From NCBI GenBank assembly GCA_029855935.1, contig JAGSHN010000027.1:1-64000 (forward strand): a stretch of DNA of 64,000 bases, written 5' to 3'. Both the position numbers and the translations under genes were made by a program. Origin of the DNA: Candidatus Thorarchaeota archaeon (GTDB taxonomy: Archaea > Asgardarchaeota > Thorarchaeia > Thorarchaeales > Thorarchaeaceae). Below are positions 56,401 to 64,000 of the stretch, in pieces. The notes below the pieces were generated by a model. The model had not been told where the DNA came from, did no database searches, and was given only the letters and a program-made list of their open reading frames with translations. Positions within the stretch are counted from its first letter, which is position 1, and each line of letters begins with the position of its first letter.

Positions 56401-59400
56401 TCGTAGTCCGCAAACTCGATCAGTGCAGTGGCGTTGTACATGATGTCTGCGGGCGGCGTGGAGACCACTGCAACTTGCGAGGGGCGTCCCGTGATGGTCG
56501 CCTCCGTGGTGGTTGTGGAATTAGAATAGTACGGTGCAGTGTCACCCCAGTAGAACTGAACCTCGATGGGGTGACCCTCGACTAGAACAGAGGTTAGTAT
56601 CGTGGAGTTCAAGGAGATACGGTATCCGGTAGCAGTTAGGCTGAGGGCGTAGTCACCTGCGGAGAGCGGTATGTGAGATGCACCGTGAAACAGCAACAAG
56701 ACATCCTTGCTGAGAGTGACAGACGAACCGTCCAGACCGTCCGTCGCAGCCACAACAAAGGTGACATTGTTGAGAAACGGCGTGTTGAGAGGCGACCTCA
56801 CCACAGACAGGTGGAGGGGACGTCTTGATACCTCGATGGCCACAGAGAGCGTTCTCTCGAGGTAGTAGGGCTGTCCGGTGTAGTTCGCCACTATGTCGAT
56901 TGTGTATGAGCCGAAATTCCCAAGGGCCTGTGTCGAGATTCTCACACGATATCGTCCAGAACCGAGATAGTCAACCCAGTAGTTCACGCCCAACTGGAGC
57001 CCCGTTGCTGCAGTCGTACAGGAGGCATAGATCGATGCGCCAGCGATGCCGACATTCGTTGTGTCATCGAAGTAGAAGACTGTGACGTTGGCCTGCGTGA
57101 GATACGGCGCGGGACCCGGCAGCTCGCTTGTGAGCTGAGTCCTGCGTTGGACCACTGTCAGATAGAATGAGTCTGTGGCGTTCTCACAGTAGCGCGTCCC
57201 ACCATAGGTGATGCTGACATTGATGAGGTAGGTTCCCAGCTGACCGAAGGCACTCGTATTGAGAACCAGCGTGTATGTACCGTCAGCATTGTCCTCGACC
57301 GAGTAGTAGTCTTTCAACCAGGAGTCAAGCGTGAGATTGCCACCGTTCATTCCCGCGGTTGAGTAGTCATCGAGATCCCTATAGGTGAACAGCAGGGTGA
57401 GATTCGCGGCAAACTGAACGGACGTGTAGCTACCGTGCACAAGCTCTGTGTGGCGGTATCTCACGGTTATCGGTACCTCTACAGAGGTCCGGTTTTGGTA
57501 GTAAGGTGTGCCGACCCAAGTTATGTTGATGTGGAACACGCGAGTCCCTGGTGCCCAGGACGAGGTGTCTATCTCCAGATAGAACTCACCTGTTGCGTCG
57601 CCGCCGTAGTATAGTGTGTACGTCACAGCCTCAACAATCTCGATGTGCAGGCTTGAGGAGTTGAGAATCGGAGCGCCAGTGAGCGAGTCACGATACGTGA
57701 GGGTGAGATTGACCAGCTCGTCGTACGGTGTCACGGGCAACGGCGTCCACTCAACGGTCGTCTGTCTCTGTGTGGCACGCACTGTGACAATCAGAGTCTT
57801 GTTCTCGTACAACGGTAGAGCGCCCTTTGTCCAGTTGAACCATACCTCAAGGTCGCAGGATATTGGCCCACTGAGGAAGGCCGAGTCGAACTCGAACCAG
57901 TACTCACCCGGTTGATTGTCGGGGTCGACCTCGTAGATCATCATCTTTGACTGATCAAGGGACTGGCCGGGTGTGAGCACGGTCACAGTGATATGGACAT
58001 TTCCTGCATACGAACCCGTCGAGTTGACGATGCCAGTCTGTGCGCCGACATCGTAATAGACCAGCGAGAAGGTGATGTTCTCATCATACGGCGTCATAAC
58101 AGGGTTCACACCGATGAAGAGCTCGGCCGGGGTGGCTGTCACGACCACGGCGACCTCATCAAGATAGAGCGTCTCGTTGGTGTACTTCTCAGTGGGTCCT
58201 GTCCAGTTGGCGTGGATTGTCACGTTCTTTCCGCCAATCGAGCCCCACGAGTCAGCAGGGATGAGGACCAAGTACTCTCCCGGTGCGGAACCGTTGGTGA
58301 CGGTGTACGGCAACGAGGGGATGTCCGCGACTGCATAGATATAGACATAGTAACCTGTGGCGGAGCCGTTCTCTATCCCAACCTCCGCATCGACATCCCA
58401 GTACATCACTCTGATCTCAATCGTCCCCGTGTAGGGTGTGGGTTCAACCGGATTGACAAGATACAGCGATGTCAGATGCGTCCTCAGTTCGAGTTCAATA
58501 TAGAATGTATGGTTCTGAACACCGCCCTGCTCCACATCCACCTGCACCGTGTACAACCCGAGCGTGTCAGTGTCGACAGAGTAGATTGAGATGTTGTACT
58601 CGCCAGGAGTGGACGTCTCGACGACGGTGTAATGACCGTGTGAGCCAGTCCAGTTCAGCGTGAAGGCGCTCTCTGCACCTGATATTGGGAGGTTGTGGTC
58701 GGTGTCCCGATACGTGACCGTAAATGATGCGACGTAGCCAACCGGTAGAGAGAGATGACTTGTTGAGGGGGACGCCGACGTGAACAGCTCTCGAACCTGA
58801 ACAGACAGCTCAATCGTTCTGCGCTCCACAAAGTCCTTTGACGCCGTTATCTGGACCACGTACGTCGCCAGTGGGGCGGTACTCGTGTCGAGCGACAGTG
58901 TGTAGTAGCCCGGATTCCCTGCCTGTGGAGTGACCGTGTAGGTGCCGAGTGTCCAATTGCAGGTTATCGTGGCCCCAGTGATGCCGTTACTCCTCTGATC
59001 CTCGTAGTACAATGTGAGGTCAGCCGAATATCCCTTTGGAACATCGATGCCCGGCGCGTCGGGTGAGAGCAAGTCACTCAAGTAGATCACATTGATAGTA
59101 AAGGTGGCCGAAACGGAATCGTAGTATCCCTTTGTCCATTGCAGGGCCACGTCGTATTGCCCATTGGATGCCAAGAGCGATGTGTTCAACGCAATGTTGT
59201 ACTCGCCAGTACCGAGGTCATTCATAGTACCCGACCCGGCCGCCCAGCTGTATGCCATCACACCCTCTGGGAGAAGTTCGCCGTTGTCCGAGTCGTTGAC
59301 TCGCACCTGGAGAAGAACGACATCGCCATAGGTCACGTTGACACTCCACGTCGTGCGACCCTCAACAGGATATGTCACAGACATGACGGTACCGTGCTGG

Positions 59401-62120
59401 ATGCTGAAGCCTCGCCTGAAGTACCCAACATTATGGATCTCTCCTGCGGACGCGCTGTCGTTGACGAAGGCCTGGACCTCCCACGGGCCAACTGAGGCGT
59501 TGTAGGCTCCCAGAGTCACGGTGTCCGTCACCGCATATCCGTTCGAGTCAACCGTTGCAACCATTGAAGTCCACGGATTTCCGAGCGGGTCGTATATCGT
59601 GAAGCCAACAATGTCGTTGGCGTAGGCTGGGGACAGCGTGGCTCTGAACCGTGTGACATCATTGGCACGAAACGTCCTGGTGCGCACCCACGCCGAACCG
59701 TCCCAGACCTCAAGGTCGCTTATCATATTCGGTGACCAGCCCTTCAGATACCAGAAGCCGTTCTGAGCGGTGGTGGTCACCTCGAAGGCTGACACATTCA
59801 GAAGCCCATCTCCCGGGTCTCCATAGCTCCATCCATACGTCAGGTTCGTGTATCTGTCAGTGGGCTGCCCCACGTGATCGATGTCACGGTTGAGCGGAAT
59901 TGACACGTTGAAGAAGAACTTGGGCTCATAACCACCGGGAACAGCTGCGTAGTGGTTTGTTTCCCAGCGGACCGCCGTAGCATTCTCGACGTAGTAGCTG
60001 TCACCCGATGCGAAGTTGGCTGTGTTGTAGACCGTATCGAGGCCATACCTGCGAGCATATGCCGTTACACTCGCATCCATTGTAACCCGAACCTCAAGAT
60101 TCGGGACCGGAGGCAGTGGGACCGGGGTCCACGTGAAGTTCGCATAGGCCTTACCCTTGGTCCACGGCGTCGGTGGACGATACGTGACAACGCCCTCGCC
60201 ATACACCGGGGTCGAGCCCTGCATCACGTTCTGAACAGGAACTCCGTCCATCGTCAGGTTGACCTGCTCTGGAGTGGCCTTGGCCTTGATGTACAGGACT
60301 ATGTTGTCGAACCGACCCTCGGGCAAGATATCATTATATCGATACCACTCCTTTTGTGTGACCCTCAGGCCTATCATCAGGGGAACGTTCGGCAGCGACA
60401 GGGATGTGTAGTCCACCGGCACCAAGCCCGTGGAGTACCACGTGTTATCATCAGCGATGTAGTCGAACTTGGAACTCCAGAGATAGGAGCCGCCGTAGTC
60501 GGGATCGCCGACAGAGACGAAGAGCTCGAAGAAGCCGGTCATATACGATCCCCATCCGCGGCAGTCAGCATAGTAATCGAGCATGAGGCCGGCCCACGTG
60601 ACCTCCCCACGATTGATTGTCAGATCCTGTCGGACGTACGCCTTCTCACCCGGGCTATACCAGAAGCCGTACAGGCCAGAGACCGGGTCGGAGTGATAGT
60701 ATCCTCCAATCTGAGCGATGATCGCCCCGTCTCCAGCGGCGTGTCCATTCGGGGACCAGGTGATAGACGTGCGAGATGTGCCATCGCGTTCGACTGTATA
60801 CACGTAGCCACTGGCGTTCACGGCAACTCCATAGATGAATCTGAACTGGGCGTTTCCTGTGCCATCGCCACCCCAACGTCCCGAGTACGAACCAGTCTGT
60901 GTAAAGTACTGCACACGGTCGTTGCCCATGTCAGCCACGTAGATGGTACCATCAGAGGCAACATCAACGTCAGCAGGATCTCGGAAGGACCCTGCCGATC
61001 CACTACCAGCGAAGCTTCCGCCCGAACCGACAAGGCTGAGGTAGGTCCCCTGATAATTGAACCTCTGAACCCTGTTGTATGTGCTGTCGACAACAATTAC
61101 CTCATCATTGTTTGGATTGACGCCAATTCCCGTTGGGGCGTTGAACTGACCAGTACCAGTCCCCTGAGAGCCCCAAGAGCCTACAAAGTTGTAGTTAGAG
61201 TCAAAGTACTGGACACGGTCATTGCCCATGTCCGTGACATAGATGTATCCGTTGACGCTACCTACCGCCACGTCAACCGGACCGTGGAATTGACCGTTGC
61301 CCGTACCGGGACTGCCAAATTCTGCAATGAAACTACCAGAGGAGTCGAAGACTTGGATTCTGTCGTTACCGTGGTCCACAACATACACGTGGCCCGAGGA
61401 GTCCACATCGATGCCGAGCGGTCTGTCGAACTGACCCTGACCTGTGCCGAATGATCCCCACTGTGTGACGAAGTTTCCTGAGGCATCAAAGACCTGAATG
61501 CGATGGTTGTCAGTGTCCGCGACGTACACATACCCAGAGGAGTTGATTGATATGCCCCACGGATTGAGGAACTGTGAGGAGGAGGATCCGCGGGATCCCC
61601 ACTGACCCTGATAGTTGCCCGTAGAGGTGAAGAACTGAACACGGCTGTTGCCCTGAAAGCCGCTCACTGTCCGGTTTGTCCGGAAGGTCCAGTCGTCCTC
61701 GTTGGCGAACCCGTAGTTGACCACCCAGCTCCTGTTCTCCGCTATGTTGCTCACTCTCGACGTGACCTGATACGACTCCCAACCAGAGCCCACGGGGACT
61801 GTCCGCACGGCTGTACTTCTCGCCTGCGTGCTCGGGTCGTAGACCATACCAATGTCCGAGAAGACATCTGTCCGATTACCGTACTCGGCCACGGACAGAG
61901 GGTCCCCTACGCCTGTCACCGAGGTGGGCGCCGTTGAGATCACGTATTTGTAGAGGACCTCATCAGGACCTACCTCCACATACTGACCATCTCCGACCTC
62001 GACCATTCTTGGTCCGGCAGAACTCTGCTGGCTGGCAGGCGGGAGGGGCATGCTTGTCAGGACCGACAACACAAGGGGCACGAATACCAGCACCAGGCTC
62101 AGGCTCCGAACTCTCTTCAT
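53436..62120 (-). CDS. Giant single-pass Ig-like-repeat surface protein (~2894 aa) with NHL propeller and conserved cytoplasmic domain; paralog of the downstream gene
   Basis: Start MKRVRSL at 62120. Collinear with 45694..53430, plus six NHL repeats. Confidence 0.9.
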   Translation of the reverse strand: MKRVRSLSLVLVFVPLVLSVLTSMPLPPASQQSSAGPRMVEVGDGQYVEVGPDEVLYKYVISTAPTSVTGVGDPLSVAEYGNRTDVFSDIGMVYDPSTQARSTAVRTVPVGSGWESYQVTSRVSNIAENRSWVVNYGFANEDDWTFRTNRTVSGFQGNSRVQFFTSTGNYQGQWGSRGSSSSQFLNPWGISINSSGYVYVADTDNHRIQVFDASGNFVTQWGSFGTGQGQFDRPLGIDVDSSGHVYVVDHGNDRIQVFDSSGSFIAEFGSPGTGNGQFHGPVDVAVGSVNGYIYVTDMGNDRVQYFDSNYNFVGSWGSQGTGTGQFNAPTGIGVNPNNDEVIVVDSTYNRVQRFNYQGTYLSLVGSGGSFAGSGSAGSFRDPADVDVASDGTIYVADMGNDRVQYFTQTGSYSGRWGGDGTGNAQFRFIYGVAVNASGYVYTVERDGTSRTSITWSPNGHAAGDGAIIAQIGGYYHSDPVSGLYGFWYSPGEKAYVRQDLTINRGEVTWAGLMLDYYADCRGWGSYMTGFFELFVSVGDPDYGGSYLWSSKFDYIADDNTWYSTGLVPVDYTSLSLPNVPLMIGLRVTQKEWYRYNDILPEGRFDNIVLYIKAKATPEQVNLTMDGVPVQNVMQGSTPVYGEGVVTYRPPTPWTKGKAYANFTWTPVPLPPVPNLEVRVTMDASVTAYARRYGLDTVYNTANFASGDSYYVENATAVRWETNHYAAVPGGYEPKFFFNVSIPLNRDIDHVGQPTDRYTNLTYGWSYGDPGDGLLNVSAFEVTTTAQNGFWYLKGWSPNMISDLEVWDGSAWVRTRTFRANDVTRFRATLSPAYANDIVGFTIYDPLGNPWTSMVATVDSNGYAVTDTVTLGAYNASVGPWEVQAFVNDSASAGEIHNVGYFRRGFSIQHGTVMSVTYPVEGRTTWSVNVTYGDVVLLQVRVNDSDNGELLPEGVMAYSWAAGSGTMNDLGTGEYNIALNTSLLASNGQYDVALQWTKGYYDSVSATFTINVIYLSDLLSPDAPGIDVPKGYSADLTLYYEDQRSNGITGATITCNWTLGTYTVTPQAGNPGYYTLSLDTSTAPLATYVVQITASKDFVERRTIELSVQVRELFTSASPSTSHLSLPVGYVASFTVTYRDTDHNLPISGAESAFTLNWTGSHGHYTVVETSTPGEYNISIYSVDTDTLGLYTVQVDVEQGGVQNHTFYIELELRTHLTSLYLVNPVEPTPYTGTIEIRVMYWDVDAEVGIENGSATGYYVYIYAVADIPSLPYTVTNGSAPGEYLVLIPADSWGSIGGKNVTIHANWTGPTEKYTNETLYLDEVAVVVTATPAELFIGVNPVMTPYDENITFSLVYYDVGAQTGIVNSTGSYAGNVHITVTVLTPGQSLDQSKMMIYEVDPDNQPGEYWFEFDSAFLSGPISCDLEVWFNWTKGALPLYENKTLIVTVRATQRQTTVEWTPLPVTPYDELVNLTLTYRDSLTGAPILNSSSLHIEIVEAVTYTLYYGGDATGEFYLEIDTSSWAPGTRVFHINITWVGTPYYQNRTSVEVPITVRYRHTELVHGSYTSVQFAANLTLLFTYRDLDDYSTAGMNGGNLTLDSWLKDYYSVEDNADGTYTLVLNTSAFGQLGTYLINVSITYGGTRYCENATDSFYLTVVQRRTQLTSELPGPAPYLTQANVTVFYFDDTTNVGIAGASIYASCTTAATGLQLGVNYWVDYLGSGRYRVRISTQALGNFGSYTIDIVANYTGQPYYLERTLSVAIEVSRRPLHLSVVRSPLNTPFLNNVTFVVAATDGLDGSSVTLSKDVLLLFHGASHIPLSAGDYALSLTATGYRISLNSTILTSVLVEGHPIEVQFYWGDTAPYYSNSTTTTEATITGRPSQVAVVSTPPADIMYNATALIEFADYDTSAGIPGATVTVKCLNVTPIQSWVLDLGGGIYEIRVNTSTFGSTGRYHFVFNITSTGSPFYQNKTNVFFSVIVNPVSTSLEVTVPAGVTYYSGDTVILNVNFTNVLTGLGIESATVVTDWTSLYGTSSSIAEVGNGIYHLTIDTSGLTAGVYEFHVNASRHLHYNKTVTADFALSPVPVDLDVTFSPVSIIYGDLVTFNVTLSDLRDASPVTGASVTLKMVGDIYVLTEVGGGLYQVTIRTKLYSAGDYRLTFHSELTNYETRDVDIDIRIGKVPASLVVSIGQSTLTLGQTTELLAYYTVAANGSSIPVGSISFSWAGGSGYLVWNVTTARYEGLLSVPDVPVGSYQLTFQATSTNYGSASSSISIEVREASTELLAFEGITSLSVTYGDTFNLTVYYNNTDLGVPVTEANVTYRIADIEGQMQPATQPGYYTAIVPTANLDVRGWVVTVTASKAAHTPATTQLVVTVLRIPTRIDVLGSGQVEVYYGRNATFRLLFWDTHNDVGVTNATAIYEIGLTQGQLVDLHNGTYVLTINSTIQPASPLAYDIFLAFSRDRYESAFSSVRLVVRPIPTEIRGTTTVDFPVGDDYTVVFTLWDTLNDRPVTNCTAAAIWEFGAVSLVPMGNGSYAFGPEATGIERLEVRSTPYAIRVTMTRGNYSVAEIRSSMTIRLIHTELRVASHPSTFYEGEEFTVTVTYWDLDHDRPLPGAVNSTEGTTLELVSDLNRDLGNGTYVFGFVGPGLNTYEIHIRLSVSDHEAAEYTAVVYTVMTPERQALFTSFGYLAAAILVLSGLAALYIKVLSVPPLVRKIRHMESVLRKGGVPTAAPVRDRRTMILDMMNESVEPVNITKTDEDVAPSTVDVSALDVEALLAELAELVGLTESDIDTLRADLDQMRPSERAGFLREVIRQERARRAKEVAAAPEVEEAAPPEAARALTEEELEQLRQELLGLGIEPDEVDLIVEQAKALTKAEIDALLRQLKGEEE
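60790..61650 (-). repeat. Six NHL repeats (beta-propeller)
   Basis: GxGxGQFxxPxG(I/V)xVxxxGxVYVxDxxNxR(I/V)QxF units, six copies. Confidence 0.92.
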
Positions 62121-62578
62121 CTGACAACCTCCGGGTCGCGCACGCTCGACCTTCGGTATGCCCACAAGGGGCCTCCGCGGTTAGACAATCTTCAACCCGC
62201 CAATCCGCCCTAAAAAAGGTGCTGCGCGACAGATGGTTCACAAAACAGTCAGGATTGACAAAAAATCGAAACTCTGTGGTGGGCCTGGGAGCATTGCCCA
62301 GAGCAGTGAACGTAGCCGCAGCTTCAATCCACAGACCGGGGGCAGATTCTTCTCGCAATCATCGGCGTGGCGCCCAGTGCGCGACGGCTCCCAGCAACTA
62401 GTCAGGTCATTCGAATAATGTTAGTCTCGATTCCCGGACGGGGGGTTCGAAAAATACTGGGACGTAGAAACCGTCGTGGAGGGCCCACTGATGTATTCTG
62501 GCGATAGGCCGACGTATGGACTGGGCTCACGCCGAATCTCAGGTCAATCTTCTCAGACGCCCTGATGACGCCTAGAAG

Positions 62579-64000
62579 CTATGAGGATGGATGTCTACGT
62601 TTTCGCATCACAACAACCAAGACAGCAACGAGGGCAATCGTCCCGGCCGCAGCCGCCACTGGCAAGAGCGGCAGGGGTGAAGGACCCCCAGTTTCGGTGA
62701 CAGACAGGAGGGTCAGAGTGGTGCTGGCCGTGTTCAGGCCCCAGTCCTGAACGTATACGGCAAGAGTCACGAGGTGTGCGGTGGTCGGGACGGCAGGGAG
62801 CAGGCCCGTCCAGAGGGTACCATTGAACGAGAGATCAATCGTGGAGCCTGTCCCATCGATGTCAATCACTGCTTGCACACTGTAGACGCCTGAGAAGTCG
62901 TCATGGGTTGAAACATCAATCTCGGCGCCGTCGTAGAGGTTCGAGATGTTGACCACGATGTCCTCGATCACTGGCGGAGCGGTGTCCACTTTGGAGAAGT
63001 AGAGACGACGAATCCAATGCTTCGCCTTGAGCAACGTGCTGTAGGCGCCCTTCCAGTCCATCCGGTTGAGCTGGCCCAGCGCCTGCAACAGCAGTTCTTC
63101 CGCTCTGTCACGTGCAGTTGCTGTCTCTGGGCGCGGGTTATCACCGATACTGGCCACCTCCTCTGAGAGGTCGCTGGCCACACTCACGTACATCTGATCC
63201 GTGTAGGTGCCCTGTGCCCAGTTCTGCTCGAACGACGAGGTGCCGTTGTGAAATGAGTAATACCCCATCGGTCCATAGTAGAAGTCAGCCGCATAGTGGT
63301 GTACACTCCACGAGTGGCCGAAGCCAATCGCGTGCATGGTCTCGTGAAGCTGTATCGCCGAGACTCCCGCCTTGGGAGTCACGCCGTCAGGGAGATAGTA
63401 TCGCTCCCAAGACTTCCAGATCACAGTCTGACCACCCCCGCCAAGCCCGGTGAAAGTCCTGTTCCCATAGACCATTACCATCTTCTTCTTGATGAATACG
63501 ACCGAGAACACGTTGACATCATACAGCTCCGAGATGTAGTTGGGGCGCATGGTCTGATAGATTGCATTGAAGAGTCCCGCACCATCAACGTAGGTCGTAC
63601 CATCGTCAACCCAGGCGAATTGCCAGAAGAGATTCTTCCACGCGGGATAGTCGTCGATGTCAAGATATTCGACACTGACGTCCCAGTCGATGAACGGTAT
63701 CAGCTCATTCAGGTGAGCAAGCTGTAGGTCGGCACTGGTCACCCACTCGAGGCTCTCTACGCTCACGCCAGCGGCCACATCCATACAGAACACCAGGCAC
63801 TTGACCCGCCCAGATTCAGCATAGGAGGTTGGAATGTGCTGACCTGGAAAGAAGAGATAGGTGACTGGATCGTAGATGTATTCTTGGAGATACGAGTTGA
63901 GCACGATTCTATCGTCCTGCTGCGTCAGGTTGAGGGTCGAGACCAGCTCGTCCATATCATAGAAGGTGTACTGCGGATCGTCATCATATGGGGCCTCGCC
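62579..64000 (-). CDS. Membrane-anchored zinc metalloprotease (metzincin), 5' part outside the window
   Basis: HETMHAIGFGH (HExxHxxGxxH) plus a Met-turn (PMGY), an Ig-like domain, a TM and RKRR. The frame is open to 64000. Confidence 0.88.
   Translation of the reverse strand, partial: GEAPYDDDPQYTFYDMDELVSTLNLTQQDDRIVLNSYLQEYIYDPVTYLFFPGQHIPTSYAESGRVKCLVFCMDVAAGVSVESLEWVTSADLQLAHLNELIPFIDWDVSVEYLDIDDYPAWKNLFWQFAWVDDGTTYVDGAGLFNAIYQTMRPNYISELYDVNVFSVVFIKKKMVMVYGNRTFTGLGGGGQTVIWKSWERYYLPDGVTPKAGVSAIQLHETMHAIGFGHSWSVHHYAADFYYGPMGYYSFHNGTSSFEQNWAQGTYTDQMYVSVASDLSEEVASIGDNPRPETATARDRAEELLLQALGQLNRMDWKGAYSTLLKAKHWIRRLYFSKVDTAPPVIEDIVVNISNLYDGAEIDVSTHDDFSGVYSVQAVIDIDGTGSTIDLSFNGTLWTGLLPAVPTTAHLVTLAVYVQDWGLNTASTTLTLLSVTETGGPSPLPLLPVAAAAGTIALVAVLVVVMRKRRHPSS

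Noticed and set aside
59952-61454. 500-aa plus-strand ORF (also 55638..56585 and 53251..54009)
   Set aside because: Antisense to the NHL/Ig-repeat gene, with composition typical of shadow ORFs.
62436-62460. GGTTCGA T-loop-like motif and short stems at 62273-62394
   Set aside because: No T-stem or acceptor stem can form, and the 7-8 bp complementarities are within chance expectation.

Overview
A gene-dense, GC-rich archaeal window, most likely from an Asgard archaeon (Thorarchaeia-like). This is inferred from a Rab/Roc-like small GTPase beside a longin-like gene, archaeal BRE/TATA promoters, an archaeal/eukaryotic-type TyrRS, an ADP-forming acyl-CoA synthetase and giant glycosylated surface proteins. 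About half the window encodes two tandem pairs of giant single-pass membrane proteins. The first pair is an FG-GAP multi-propeller protein and a TSP3-repeat protein with an amphipathic head. The second pair is two paralogous Ig-repeat proteins sharing a conserved ~185-aa cytoplasmic domain, one with an inserted NHL propeller. Also present: a five-gene small-GTPase/longin/Zn-ribbon/twin-membrane-protein operon, a MacB/FtsX-type ABC system, an NLR-like STAND (NACHT-HEAT) protein next to a DUF3307-like/SatD pair, a PIN-domain helical protein, a glycolipid/glycan cluster, a membrane-anchored metzincin, and an unannotated ~165-nt four-way-junction RNA candidate with a matching BRE-TATA promoter. 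No tRNA, rRNA, CRISPR array or transposase was recognised. All family assignments come from motif recognition by eye, not database searches.
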